Shown: positions 38,546 through 52,860 of the stretch, piece by piece
Layout of the letters: each line of letters opens with the position of its first letter
Position numbering within the stretch: position 1 is the first letter of the stretch
Assembly (NCBI GenBank): GCA_024137785.1
Contig: JAHRHZ010000107.1
Coordinates: 186,001-250,000 of the forward strand
DNA length: 64,000 bases
DNA from: Ginglymostoma cirratum
Taxonomy: Eukaryota
Reading direction: 5' to 3'
Made by a program: the position numbers and the translations under genes
The notes under the pieces: generated by a model
Databases searched by the model: none
Seen by the model: only the letters and a program-made list of their open reading frames with translations
What the model was told of the DNA's origin: nothing

Positions 38546-40655
38546 CCTATTTATTTCTAATGCAATCACGACAAGTGATGCTGGACAGACAGTCGTGCAG
38601 TTTCCAAGGGGATCCTTTTATTACTCTTATTCGCAAATGATATGTCAAATTTAGAAGTACTCCATTCTTGCACTGGGAGGAAGAGGGAGAATTGGGATGA
38701 AGAAATAATGCGTCATCCATAGGGGAGATAATATTACAGAAGATGGGAAGGAGAGCACGAATTCTGAAGGGTCTGAATACAGATATAGCTTTCAGAGACA
38801 TGTCGTTGAGTGACTTTGTTAGAATATAGACACTTATTTGGAAAAGGAGCAGCTTCAATTTAAAAACAATGCTTCTCTTGGTAGAAATTCCTTATGGGAA
38901 AAGCAACGTCTGAAGTGCAAAAATGATGACTGGCATTTCGTTCTCCAACACACTGCACAACAACTTGTTTTAGTGCATTAATTAATTTAATCACATCTGT
39001 CTGTTTACAGGATTCTGTGTTCAACTTCATCAGTCCAATCTTTGATACGGAAATCATAACAAATTCTCAGATGTGTTTTCGGTTCAGAGAGGTATTTTGC
39101 TCTGTCTGTGTCAATTAGAGGGTTAGTGTGTTTGTGACCTAACTAAGAATTGTCAAAACCGATGATCTAACAGTGCAGAGTCGGTTTCTTTCCAAATTTA
39201 TCTTGCAATTTTCCCACACATGTCATCGTTTCCACTTTAGTATCGACAAAGGTAACAAATTGAAGTCTTGAGAGCTGGACACAGCAGTCACCAGATCCTG
39301 GCAGGAAGCAAATCAAACCGAAAATGGATGCATTGAGCATTCTACTGTAAGGGATTTGAAATCATGGGCAGAATTCAAAGCATCCTCCTTCCTTCTTTCC
39401 TTCACATTGTGGTTCTTCTGGGTATGGCTATGAACTCAATTGTACTTTTGCACATCAATGAAATGAAAAAAAAATCATCAAACGATGTCCTCCTTCTTGC
39501 CATCTTTTTGGTCATCCTGGCTTCCATGTTGTAGCTCATTCGATTTACACCGAAATGTAAGATGATGGAACCCATATTTAATTCTTATACTCTCTTTGGT
39601 GAAATCAATATTTTTGGAAACCCACCCTTTAAGAACTGCATTTCCATTAACCAAGAGATCTCTGTTACCCATGCAATCAGGTCTCGTTCCTGGCAAAACA
39701 TTTGATACTACGTCATCCTGTCTATTCTAACTTGGCTAGCACTTCTCGGATTAAAAACAAACATAGCTAATGACAATTTATGCAGGTTTAAATGATCAGT
39801 GTTTCGATAATGGCAACTCTTGAAGTTCTTTTGCGAAATTATATTTTTCGCTATCCCTTTCTTAATCCTATTGACTTCCTATGCCCTGACAACAAAGAAC
39901 TGTTCAGAATTAGAGCTGGAGAGGAATCCCGGAGTTGATGAACAGAAAGGTGTTGATAACCATTGGTAGTAACTTGGTCCTTGTCTTCTTTTGCTTTGCT
40001 CCTTATCACATACTGAAACTTTGCGTTTTAAGTAATGATCTGTTGTATTTAACATATCCAGTTTAATCTTTTTATATGTGCAATGTTTGGAATAATGCTT
40101 GGGCGCTTACTTACTTAACTGCCGTTTTCAGTCCATTACTGTACACTTTCAGATCGCAAAACCTTCAGTGGAAAACATACTGTTGTGTTGTGTAATATGC
40201 TCAAAATGTGGCTTTGACCTCAAAATCGACAGGGTTGACGTCGCTGACTAAAATATCACTGCCCTGTTTTCGACATTTAATTTCGAACAAATTTGTTTCT
40301 GAGATATTAGCTGAATAGTTTACACTCTGCCTTTGTTCAATTATAATTGTCCTTTGTGAATCTTTGCCCACGAAAGTCAAAGCTTGATGCGGAGTGAATA
40401 AATGGTGTGTCAATGTATCAAAGCACTGGCGTCCTTCCTTTCAACATCAAACATTAGGAAGATAATAATAGTCAGCTTGGCGTATGGCTGGAATTTCTAC
40501 CTGAGGTTTTTCTCCCAATAATGTATAAAACAGAATCAATGTGTGGTAGCTGTTTACAATTTTTATTTAAAGAGACGAATAATTGTATATAATAGTTGCA
40601 TCAGGAAAGATGAACATATAGATGTAGACATACTCATATCCATACATATATATAA

Positions 40656-40690
40656 TGTGTGTGTGTGCGTGTGTGTGTGTGTGTGTGTGT
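40656..40690 (+). repeat. (GT)n microsatellite
   Basis: Direct inspection. Confidence 0.95.
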
Positions 40691-42693
40691 ATGTACATAT
40701 ATATATTCCTATTCATAGATTATAGATAAAACATATCCATTCAGAGATAGATGAAGATTGATAGATTGGCTTGATGTGGGTGGTAAATGCATATGATGTT
40801 TACTCATTGTCAGGTAGACACATACAGACAGAAAAGCAATTGAAAATGTAGGCACTGAGAGAGAAAAGTGAAAAGATCGAGATATGTAAATGGAGGGATA
40901 AACACAAGAGGATAAACTAAAACTTGCACTCAAGGACAAAGAGAGACAAAGAGGGAGAGAGAGAAATAAAATATACAATATGAAAAGTCTTCATCAGTTA
41001 ATGTTAGGTATTGATGGGTGAGTACGCTTGCCAGTTCCTTATTTATTTGCCTGTCATGTTTCAACATGAAAAGGTTTTGATGTCACCATAAAAACCTGGA
41101 TAAATCATGGTGTGATCATATCTGACCTGCTGCATGATAAGACTGCAAAGGTGATTTTGCAATAATGTAACGGAATAAAGGAGACAGCAAATGAAAATCT
41201 CAGTGCGTAAAAGTCACGTGACTGATAGCAACACAGGACAAGCCTTCATAATCTGCGAAATGCAATGACAAAGGGAGACAGGAAATGGAAATCTCAATGT
41301 GCAATGACATTTGGTCTCTTCAGAGGGAATCAGGACCTGTCATAATGTAAACGGCAATTCAGTTAGGAGGTAGCTAAATACCTGGGGTACTGCATTGCAC
41401 TTTTTATGGAGAAGAACCTGAAATAATATAACATTCGTGAAATATCAATATGACATGAGATACACTGATGATTGGGCCAAGGGCATGTTTGGAACCAACG
41501 ATAGGAGAAAGAGTGGAAATTGAATCTTCAATGTTTTTAAAAATAATTTATATGAGATCTATCCCTTAATATGAATGACAGCTAGAATGTCAAGTGCTAA
41601 TTTGCAAGTGCTCACAATACTGTGTGACCAGAATCACTTGGAGGCCAGATCACGTGAGAGGAACAGTTTCCCTTCCCAAAGGAACAGGAGTGGACCAGAT
41701 TGGTTGGCAACAGTCACATTACATACGATAACAAGAACAGGATTCACTTCCAGGATTATTGGTTGTTTCAAAATCTTAACAGTTGTGTCAACACCTGATC
41801 TGCTGCAGTAAGACGAAGAGAACAATGATCTGCAATTATTAGTGATGAGGTTGGTTTCCAGCTCAACTGGACTTAAGCTACCAACAATTTTGGAAAACAT
41901 TTGAACTCGTGTTCTGAAAGCTGCAAGATTTGAATAATTGTCCAAACCGATCCCGATCAAACAAAGTTACTTTCTTCCCGTCAGCTCGCAGGTGTTTCGG
42001 TGCCAAGATGCATTCTGATGGGAGATTTCGAAGGATTTTCAGGCAGAAAATGCAGTTTGGAAAATGCAAAAGGTCGCTGATCCTTTTTGTTGATATTTTC
42101 CATTGTATGTCGACCCCACGTGCTGTACCTTCCTGAAGAAGACAGCTGACTATGTGTGTAGATATCGCATTTGGAAGAAAGGATCCGATGGACATCACTC
42201 TACAAATATTGCCTCGAAGTCGAGGGACAAAGCCATACCGTTCAGTGTGTAGATCCTTCCGTGAGAGAAAGGGGTTAAAGGTGGACGGGTAATATGCACA
42301 TATATTGTTTACGAATTTACACACGAATGAGATAACAAAGATCCTCTAAGACAAAAGCCTAAATTATGCCAATTTAATAACATCGCCTTGAGCAGAAGTG
42401 GGAACCAGATTTTATATAATATGGTATAAATGTCTTGGTGGTATCATCAGTCACTAAATATCTTCGCTCCTGTAGGGATTGAAGAGAGCAATCATTGTGC
42501 CAATATCTGTAGTAGTCATCTCAAGGCGGGATCAATACAGCTTATCAGGCTAATGAATTTTGGAAGCGGGTTTAAATCACATTCCGAATGGAATTTAAAT
42601 AAAACAGAAAATCATGGAATTGAAAACTGGTCTCAGTGAACAAGACTATGAATCTTAGAATCATAGAATCTTACAGTGCAGAAGGATGCTATC

Positions 42694-43682
42694 TGTTACG
42701 ATTCTTCGTGGATTGCGAGACTGGTAGTTAGAATTTGGTGTTTGTAAAAAGCTTGGGCGGGGGTGGGGATAGCAGTGCGTCATACCTTTGAAAGACGATG
42801 TGCTTTTTCTGCACTTAGAGATGTAAAATCTGTGACCAGCAACTTGAAGGTTTGTAAGCACACAGAGAGTTCCCGAATTGAAACATTTGTATCCTAATGC
42901 CGTACAGTCAGCTGGCTAAGCAGCAGTTTTGTTACCAAGACAACGAGTTTTTGAATTTAGCCAATCAATTTGAACCAGGTACTTGGATATTTAAATCCAA
43001 TTAAATTTAAATCTTATGGTTCGACATCATAAGATCAATCATATTGTCGGAAACTGATATGTCACCAAGAGTATAAAAAGGAGATGGCAGTTGTACAGAG
43101 AATGGAGAACTAACTGCCATCTGCCAGAGATAACACCTGTAAGTTGTCAAGACAGAATAGACGGCTGTCACACCCTCCTCTCGGTCTTCGAGAAAGCACC
43201 ATCTGAAAATCAAAGGTACCAATGGCACAATTACTTAATATTCCTTTAAAAAAATCGACAGAAAGGGTGTTCCTGACGGAACATTCGATGGAGAAGACGG
43301 GGAGCATTCTAGAAGACACTTAACCTGGCTGTGAAATGTCGAGAGACAACCTTCTTGATTTTCTTCTATTTTGTACAAGTGGTATTCGTATTTATTGGAA
43401 CTGCATGACATCAGAATATTGTTTTATTCGGGACAGTTAGTTGTTGAGGGTGTTAACTTCTGTTTAATAATTCAGCTATTTTGTTCACTGGTAGAGTTAG
43501 ATGTCACTTGTCACTCGTTGATTGTCAAGTAAGTGTCCGGGATTTGTTTATTTCACCACGAGATGTTGCTGAAAATCAGTTCACACAATTCTTCACAATC
43601 CTCTTACAGACTATAGGGCGAAGTTCTCCTGTTTGAATGTATCGGTTTTAGTTGTCCGAGGAGGAATTTCCACTTTGTAACA
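42694..43682 (+). mobile_element. 5' LTR of a truncated Gypsy-type retrotransposon
   Basis: Termini TGTTAC...GTAACA, followed by a PBS; it interrupts a CR1 tail (agaatcatagaatc..). Confidence 0.7.
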
Positions 43683-43685
43683 GAT

Positions 43686-43700
43686 TGGGGGCTCACCGGA
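43686..43700 (+). promoter_or_regulatory. tRNA-Pro-type primer binding site
   Basis: TGGGGGCTC(accgga), 3 nt after the LTR end. Confidence 0.7.
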
Positions 43701-43708
43701 GAGCCGAT

Positions 43709-43777
43709 CGGATTTGAACGGATCTGAACGGATTTGAATGGATTTTGAAGATTTTGACAGATTTGAACAGATTTAGT
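43709..43777 (+). repeat. Tandem 10-mer (CGGATTTGAA)-like array in the LTR element leader
   Basis: About 7 degenerate copies. Confidence 0.85.
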
Positions 43778-43909
43778 TTCCAAAAAGTCCCAGTAGATTT
43801 AAACAGACCTGGAGAATAGTATCCATGATTTTTAAATCAAACTTAACTGAGAAGTAGAAAATCTGTTTAATTTTGGTAGCTTGTTGTTCGTTAAATCAAA
43901 AGTGGGGAA

Positions 43910-44390
43910 ATGGCTCTGAATTGCGAAAGATGTTCTGGCAGTTGACGATGCTTCCCAAATTTGCCAATAATGTTTAGAAAGACAGAAAGAAGGACACTTT
44001 TAGAATTACCAGACAGGCTAGAATTAGGTTTAGCTGAGTATAAGAAGGAAGTTGAAATTTTATCAGAGTTTGTCAAGCATTTAGACATATCAGAGAAACA
44101 CTCAAGTGCATTGGAGTTAGAAAATAATGGCAAATTAAACGATTGGAGTTAGAAGATAAAGAAAGGGAATTAAGATTCCACGCTGAAGAAAAAGAAAGGA
44201 TATCCAGGGCACAAGAAAAAGAAAGGGAAAGAGCGTTCTTAGCTGAACAGAAAGAAAAGGAAAGAATCTCTCTTGTGGAGGAAAAACAAAAGGAAAGAAA
44301 TGCCCGAGCTGAACAAAAAGAAAGGGAGAGAATCGCACAGCAGAACAAAAAGAAAGAGAGGGACAGTTTGAACTTCGGAAGTTGCAAAGT
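43910..44390 (+). pseudogene. Frameshifted gag N-terminus with E/K/R coiled coil
   Basis: ORF pieces TLLELPDRLELGL..EILSEFVKHL and ELEDKERE..AEQKEKER (about 11-aa repeats) downstream of LTR and PBS; truncated afterwards. Confidence 0.7.
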
Positions 44391-45979
44391 AAGTGTCAGA
44401 TTATAGCGTGGGATGGTCCTCTTTGGGAGTTTTGGTTTTAGTTGTTAAAGGGAGGTCAACCTCCGTTTCAAAATATATTCTACCCAACATGCATGTACCA
44501 TAACACATTGTCGTTGTTGTAAAACTGTATACTTTTCACTAATTCCCACGATGGAAGGAAAACTGCTATGCTCACTGGTGGAGCCTTGCATGAGTCACAC
44601 AGCAATGCGGTTCAACCTGCAAATGCCCGCTAATATTTTTAGTTCCAGGAAAAGTACGAAGGGAAATAGATGCTAGTGATGAAATACTAAATAAAACCTT
44701 ATTCTTTTACTTGTTTTCCAAGTTATGATCGGAATTCTATTTTCTTGCAACAATGAGATCTTTAGTATTTATTGGTTCCTTGTTTTTCTTTTATGGAAAT
44801 GATAAATCATATCTGAATCCACAACATTTGTCACATCAGCGTGAGATGTGGCTTCTACCTTACATTATGTCACAAATTCCTCATCCTACCATTCAGTCTA
44901 CAACGCGGCCATCCACAATACAGGCTGTCATTGCTCATCTGATCATCTGAATTTCAACTTCATCTTCACCTTTAAGATCGATTTCTGGAAACGTTTCTCA
45001 CTTTCCGTTCTAACTCGAATTCCAAATCATTAACACATTTCAAAAATGTCAGTGGTACCATTATATGGACGCTCACAATTGTCACTGCATGCCTCCCTCC
45101 AGTCCCAAACATTTCCTTTCGCATCATGCATAAATAGACTTGGAAGCTTTGCACCAAATCATGAATGAGAAACGTTCATGGTGTAGCATTTAAGAGGTGA
45201 CAGGGCAATCTCCCAGCGACCTAATCCTCAAAAGAGTGTGAATAGCTGGGGACAGAGCTTCAGCAATTTATTCATGCTGTAGATCATGCTCAGGGAGCTG
45301 CAACCAATCTGTCATGAAGTAATTTGTAATAATGTACCGAGGAAACCAGATTGTGATCAGAAAATATCTTTGCGGCTTTGTCACAGAAATAGCTTTGTAC
45401 AAACTAGTTTGTATCTTAAGGGTGCATGCCTTAATAGACTTTCAGTAAAGTCAGTACATTTGATTTACCATAAGTCACTTGATAGGGAGGTCGAGACGCC
45501 GTTAATGCACAAATCAATGCTTTCTGGAGTCGTCCCTAATAAATTCGAAAAAATAAATTTGGTCAACATGCATAAAAAAGGAATAAAGCTGGAAATTGTT
45601 GGAAAAGCTCAAAAATAAGGCAATTATTATCAGCGCATTTCTGAGTTATGAAGAAATAAGTGATGATGCAAATTAGGTTACTAATGGGAATAAAGGAAAC
45701 AATATAGTTCGATCTAGAATTCCTAAATGTCAACCTGAGCCGTGAGGAAGAGACGAAGTGGTTGGAAGTCCGTATGGACAGCTTATGTGGCCACGAACAA
45801 AAGTGGGAAAGCACAAGCTTTGTCAGTAAATCTCGTCACTTTAGAATTCAGAACACAACAGGTACATTCCTTTTATAATGTTTTAAACTTTTAGTGATGA
45901 CTTTCCCGGAGCGGTATTACCGAAAAAAATGAATTAACACATAGTTGTGCAAGGTTATTTCGCAGACATTTTCCTTTCG

Positions 45980-46830
45980 GAACATTGGTACATAAGTAGA
46001 TCATATGACCCTTCCAATCAGCTGCGCCGTTCGCTAAGAACATAATTACAATTGCGATTACTTCTATCCCATAATACTCCATGCCTTTTTCCATGAAAAA
46101 CTTGAATCAACCTTGAATAATTTTAATGCTTCAATCCCCTTTAACTCATGGACAAAAAATTCCATTGTCCAATACCACTTAAAGAGATCAAAAAATATGC
46201 TCATCCCTTAAAATGGAGATCTCTTTACACTGGCCATAATTGCAGATTTTTTTCTACAAGAGGACTACTCGAATACAAAAGTCTTGCTACACTGCATGGA
46301 ATTTTGCTGAGACCATGCCTAGAGTCATGGATATACTTCTGGTCAGAATACACTTTGATATTCCTGCTTTCAAGGCTTCATTCGACATTTTCCCGAAAAT
46401 ATTTCTAGGAGCAAAGTGTTACCCTATGAAGAGAGGCTGAGCATATTTGGCTGAAACCTTTTATACTTCAGAAGAACAGGAAATTACCTTATCGAAATTT
46501 ATAACGTTCTGACGGTACTTGAAACAAGCAACTCGCTTCACATCACTGGGAAATTCAACTCGCTTGGCACAATCTCACGATCATGCTGATTAAGGTAGAG
46601 ATGAGGTGAAATTTCGTCACTCAGGTAATGGTAAATTTAGCTAATTGTGCACTTCTAAATGCACCATTGTTGGCCATGTTCAAAGCTGAGACCGGTGTTT
46701 TTGTCTTATCCCTCAATCAAGGAAAGAATATAACAAGAGAGCAGGAAGTGCCATCGAATGTAAAATCTGTGAATGTCTTATTGATTGGCAGTGAAGACTG
46801 GAAAGGCCCATTTCCCACTTCTGTTCTTCG
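45980..46830. mobile_element. Two old CR1 3' fragments (minus about 45980-46190; plus about 46250-46830)
   Basis: TRGLLEYKS..LLRPCLE..FWS motif on +; CR1 3'UTR-like sequence on -. Confidence 0.55.
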
Positions 46831-49539
46831 ACTCTAATCTTAATATTATTTAAGGACGTAACGATATCACTGTTGCAAGTTTTCTCATTCAGGCTCAGCG
46901 TCTTTATCAAGAGAGGAACGGAATATTAGTAAGGTAAATGAGCTCGCAGCTTAAAGCAAAACGATGAACCTTGTTCTTCCTAATTTTAGTGGGATGTGAA
47001 AGGCAACAGCTACGTCAAGTATTTGAAAGGTTCCATTCTCTTTAACCTCCTTCTAAAACAGATAGTTGGGGAAAACTGTGAAAGCTATCTTTAAAAGTAT
47101 TCACGGAAGAGGATATTTTGACTTTTGTGTCAAGGTATGCGAGCAACAATAGTACGCATACATTTGACGTTCCACCTTTAGTCCACTTTCATTTCTGTTT
47201 TATATTAATGAGTTGAACAATTGACCAAAACAGATATTTAATGGTGCTGATGAACTGTTCACTGAACTTGGACTGAGTCACAACTTAAATTTACCAGCAT
47301 GAATCAGATTTTTGAAAATATATATGAAGTGTTATGCACAGAGAGAGAAGGATTTATTGCTGAAATATTGTAAGAGAAAAAGTATACGACATTTGGTGGT
47401 CATAAAAATATGGAACTGCTGGAAATACCGAAGAGTAAAATCATAGACCTTCCTCGACTACCACCTCTGGGTCACTAAGATATTCTCCCTTGTTTTGATC
47501 CTTCAGAAATTGTTGGACTCGACTGACCACGAAAATGTATCTAATTGTCAAAGTATTGATAAACAAGATTAAAACAAATGGGAACGATGGGTTTATAACT
47601 ATATCGAAAGAATCAAATTCTGTCCAACCAGGCTCAGTGAAATAGCTTGGCTTGACCTAACAATGCCAAGGTACATTGTCAATTATTACTTTAGCTTCAT
47701 ATGCCATGTTGGGAGGATTTGTTTTTTTTTTTAAACAGAGGAGAGTGCAAGTTGTTGTTACTACCACAGCAGTGTTTCTGTCATTGCAGTATTTTGTTTT
47801 CAATTTATGGCAATAAATCCATCAAAGGAGAATATGACAGTGAACCACACTGACCAATCTTTGGACGAACAACTCAGGCAAAAGGTAACACAGCATACAG
47901 GGGTTATGGTTAGGAAAGATCCTGGGAAATAATATTACCTGATCTGTAATAGTATGCATTCAGTCGTAATGAACGGCAAATCAGCCGTTGCCATAACCAG
48001 CAGATAGCATGTGAAGAGTCCAGACTTCCTCCCCACAGCATCACAATAGCCACTATGTTAACTGTAAGACAGGGAAAATGAGACAAGCCTGGAAAATGAT
48101 GATTAAACATTTTGATGAGCTGAGTCAGGACAATAGATCGTGAATTTTTGCACAGAAATAGTTTAGATGGAATTAACTATGGTAATAATAATAATCCGCC
48201 TTTCACTTCATCCATCTCGAACACACCAATATCCAATTTTATTCGAAGGATTATGAGCAGAATTGAGCAACCTGCCACCTTGAGCACTTAAGTTAACAAT
48301 TTGGACCTTTTCGTTCAGTTGACGGCTTGTGAGTTAGCTGGAGAGCAATATTGGCTGTCACCGTTTCACAGGCTTTAATAAACTTGGTGTCGAATAGAAA
48401 TAACGAAAGAAAGACAGTAAAATGCAACCAAGGTGCTGCTTTTGCGAGACAGGACGAGCATGAATCCTTCCCTAAAAAGGAGCAAACAACGCCAGTACAC
48501 CAAGTCCACCAATCACTGAAATAATGTCGAAGACATCAGTTAAACTCACTCCGACATCTGGTTTTTCATTGATCTGAGAATTAAGCCTTCTCTGGAGTTC
48601 TCCCTCGCCAATCGATTGGAAATCAAGCCTGTCAAAGTGCTGATTTCTGTCAAGAATCTGCCAGCTCTTTCCTCAGAAATCATTGCCTGCTCTTCGGATG
48701 ATTTGTCAGAGGTGAGTGAACCCTGTCACGTGGCAACTTCACAACAGCCTGAGAAACCGTTCCATACCCTCATGATAAGTCGTACGCTTGCAACACCGTG
48801 TTCCTCTAAATGTTTTTTCCAATCCATGGAACGACATATCATCACAGGTGGTAAGAAAACACGAAGAATGTTGCAATCTTTGAGCAGATCAACTAGTATA
48901 TCTGGAAATGGAAGTAAAAATCATGTGCATAATCTTTCATGGCAATAGCCTTTCATCAGAAATGAAGGTTATCCGAGATTGACCATTTCAAAGCAATCAA
49001 CGAGATTGAGAACTTTTGGCTGCAACTGGAGGAAAGATCAAAATTTCAGATCAGTGGTCGAATGGAGGGCATTGGTGTTTTAAGTACAAGCTGTGTTATG
49101 GTTCAAAAGAAGCAAAACAACAAATTGAACTGCAGTTAAGTCCGGTGATGGTAGAAATGCTTATTGAATAAGAGACAATCACATTGGAAGGGAAAATCAG
49201 GCCAAAAGAAGAACGGGTCTGCGAATTGAACTCAGAAGAATGGGATCAAGACCTTCATTTACAAAAAGATGGAGGTGGGATAGAAATGACCACGTCTGTG
49301 GAGGGAGGGGCGAGGGAGGAGGGGAGGAAGGGAGGGATTGAAACCTTCTTGCCATGTGATTGCATCCACCTCCTCCAATTCACGCCTAAGCTGGCTTGAC
49401 ATGTTTTCATCCGGGTTGTCAGAGCAAATATAATATGTCAGAAACTATCCTGCTCATCCCGTTCACACCTCACTGTTTTGCTTTCTGAAAATAAAGTGGT
49501 ATTTAAGGTGAAAGTGGCAAGTGAATAAGGTATATAGTA

Positions 49540-50117
49540 TCAGAGATAAAAGGTACTGCAGATGCTGGAGAATCCGAGATAACAAGCATGGGGCTGGATG
49601 AACACAGCAGGTCAAGCAGCANNNNNNNNNNNNNNNNNNNNNNNNNNNNNNNNNNNNNNNNNNNNNNNNNNNNNNNNNNNNNNNNNNNNNNNNNNNNNNN
49701 NNNNNNNNNNNNNNNNNNNNNNNNNNNNNNNNNNNNNNNNNNNNNNNNNNNNNNNNNNNNNNNNNNNNNNNNNNNNNNNNNNNNNNNNNNNNNNNNNNNN
49801 NNNNNNNNNNNNNNNNNNNNNNNNNNNNNNNNNNNNNNNNNNNNNNNNNNNNNNNNNNNNNNNNNNNNNNNNNNNNNNNNNNNNNNNNNNNNNNNNNNNN
49901 NNNNNNNNNNNNNNNNNNNNNNNNNNNNNNNNNNNNNNNNNNNNNNNNNNNNNNNNNNNNNNNNNNNNNNNNNNNNNNNNNNNNNNNNNNNNNNNNNNNN
50001 NNNNNNNNNNNNNNNNNNNNNCTTTCTGGTGAAGGGTTTAGGCCCGAAACGTCAAGTTTTCCTGCTCCTATGATGCTGCTTGACCTGCTGTGTTCATCCA
50101 GCCCCATGCTTGTTATC
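49540..50117. mobile_element. Young Penelope-like insertion with inverted termini spanning a 400-N gap (49622-50021)
   Basis: The same repeat lies in opposite orientation on each side of the gap; target duplication aaggtatatagta (49527-49539) / aaggcatatagta (50118-50130); hammerhead core at 50026-50053 reads CTGGTGA. Confidence 0.85.
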
Positions 50118-50864
50118 AAGGCATATAGTAGATGCCAGACTTTTGACCCGTTTTTAATTTTTCATCCATTCAGATATTGTGAGCATCTTCAGCTGAAACT
50201 GCATTTACTCCCTGTTACTAATTGCCTTTGAAAAATTGGTAATGAGTGGCCTTCCTGAAACCCAATACCCAAACAGGTTCACAGACAGCCACATCTGGGG
50301 GAATTTCCAGGATTTTGATCCAGTGACAATCAAGGAACATCCTAAACTTCCAAGTTGGAAAAGTGAGTAATTTGAAGGTGGACTTACAGATCTTGGTTTT
50401 CCCAAAAAGCTCCTGCCCTTAATCCTCGAATGGAACAGGTTTTGTAAGATGTTGTACAAGTGGTCTTTGTGATTTTCTGTGGTGGGGTGGATCTTGTAGA
50501 TGCCACATTCGGTTTCTGCTTGTGACAATGCTGGGGGAGATTTGAGGTTTGAGGATGTGGTGCCACTCAGGAGGGTTACTTTACTTGGATGGAACAAGTT
50601 TCTCGATTGATGTTTAAGATGCACTCGACGAGGTACGTGAGGAGTATTCTAACATTCTTTTCACTTCGACGAGGTAGTTGGCGGCCACCCAAGTGAAGAG
50701 GTGAGTTAATAACTGTAGGATTCCTAGCCTCTAGCCTGCTCTTGTTTGATCCACATCGGTTGCCGATGAATTTTATAGCCGAAGATGTTGAGGGCCTTAA
50801 TCCTCCAATTCAATGGTAATTAAGACTCTCAGTTTGCCTTCCGAGCATTGAATGCTGCAAAAGG

Positions 50865-51165
50865 GTTTGGTATAGCGCAGTGGTTCTCTCCTTATTTTTG
50901 CATCAGGAGACCTGGAGTCAAGGCACGCTTGATTCAGAATTATGTAATAACATCTTTCAACAGCTTTATTAGAATATATTATAAACGCTGAAAGGCCTCT
51001 GAGACAGACAGTCGGGTTTCACATCTCAATTGCTGCAGAGATACGTAATAATATCTTTGAACAGGATGTCTTAGAAATACCCATAACACCAGAAAGATCC
51101 TTTGGCGCTGTGGAAATGTCCTTAACTCCGAGCCAGAAAGGCTGATTTCAAATCACACCTCTTTT
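50865..51165 (+). repeat. Tandem decayed short tRNA-like SINE units (about 110 bp)
   Basis: Repeated taataa.atcttt.aacag..ttagaa and gcgcagtgg-like heads; another copy at 59610-59715. Confidence 0.45.
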
Positions 51166-52860
51166 GAAATGATCCCTTTTATCTTCTGAGTTCGGGTCAC
51201 TGAGCTAGAAACATTACCTCTGCCTTCTCTACACATATGCTGCCAAAATGCCCCGTTTGTCGAGCAGTTTATGTTTCTGATTGCAATATTGATCTTGAAT
51301 AAGAGAAATAATAATGACATTTGCATCCATGGCTTATAAAGAGCTTGTTGTGGGAACGGGATGAATAAACAACATAATCAACTGAACATTACTGTGGTCA
51401 CAGTCGGAAGTAAATTAAGGCAATAGTATGTTTCATTGAGATTGTACTACTGTTTACCTTCCAACAAACATAAATTCTGTCTTTGTAACTGCAATTTATG
51501 AGCAAACAGAGAAATGTGAGAGCATTTTTGACACTTTTTAGTAACGAACCTCAAACGAAATTGAACCACATTGAAACCTGGGACAGAAGAAATATGTTGT
51601 GAAACTAAAACAGAGTGAAAAACATTTTGAAGAAATTTAGCGCTTCAAAGTAATGCAATGTTCCACCCCACTTAGTGGCCAAGACTCAGTCCAAAAAGCA
51701 CTGAGAGTTAAAGCTTGGAATGCACAACCCCTGGTATCAGGTGTTACTTCACAGTTGAAAGAAGAAGACTACATAGGAATTGTTGGAAGGAGCTCTCAGT
51801 AATAGAGTAAACATGATCATTGGGATAGAAATTTGCAAACGCAGGAAGCGTTCACATTATTGTTATTGATCCACATTCAGCACATTTCCACATGACTGAA
51901 ACTCGATTAACAGATAGTGATCACTGCTGTTTGGTAACCAAAGGATGGGAAAGGGTGTGATGGAATACTGGTAGAGATCGTGGGTATGGAAGACCCCAAT
52001 GAAAGAGTCCCGGTTTGATGTTGCAGTACATCTAGCAGTTGTAAGAATGCTGCTGACACTGTGCAATGGTGGTGCAGAGACTGAACAGTTTAGGTGCTGA
52101 AGAAGGTATCTAATCAAACAGGTTTCTTCCTCTGTGATGACGGGATCCTCTTAAATTTATATGAGTTTATATGATCCAGGACAGTAGACGTCAGTACATT
52201 AATTCTGCCTTGAACCTGGTCAATATTCGGGCAGCTATATGCCAATGAGTTCTCGTTCTGTAGCCTTTTCTTGAAACCACAGTTTATGTTAGGTATGACG
52301 CAACAGGAGTTAATAGTTGGGCGTTTCTGCGGTGGAAAAGTTATTGAATTGTAAGGGATGATTGATAATTGCTTTGCACCTTTCTAGCACAAATGTTACT
52401 TCCCCTACCCAAACCACCCCCAAAGGTGTAGTGCAAATTTACGGCGATGGACAATATTTGGAAAGCATAATCGACGGATTCGGACCCATCAATTCAGTTA
52501 CATTATGAACTAACCAAAGCCTTTTCCACCCTGACCTGTTCAATTCTTCAATGGTAGATGCAATTTCCCATGCATTTTCAAAGCAGCCAGGCGTTTTTTG
52601 CTTGAATTTGTAACCTATAGGCGGTGTGCTTTTATTGTGGCAGGTGATCTCAGTGATGCATGGCCAGTAGAAGACATGATTTCATCAGGTCAGCATAATT
52701 CTCAGTTTAATGTGACACCATTACGGCACTGGAGTCGGGAGTTTGACTCTTTTCAGCATCCTTTTTTTTTTGCGATTCTATAAAAAATATTTACCTCTTC
52801 AATACATTGTCAATGGAGAAAGGACTTCCAATCAAGTTCGTGATTGCCACTTAGCATAAT

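Noticed and set aside
47507-47884. Two AG..GT bounded exon-like stretches
   Set aside because: No recognisable product, and the first has stops in the frames examined
52590-52680. D-like arrangement cggtgtg...ctcagtg
   Set aside because: Heptamers lack the invariant CAC, and the spacers and nonamers do not fit
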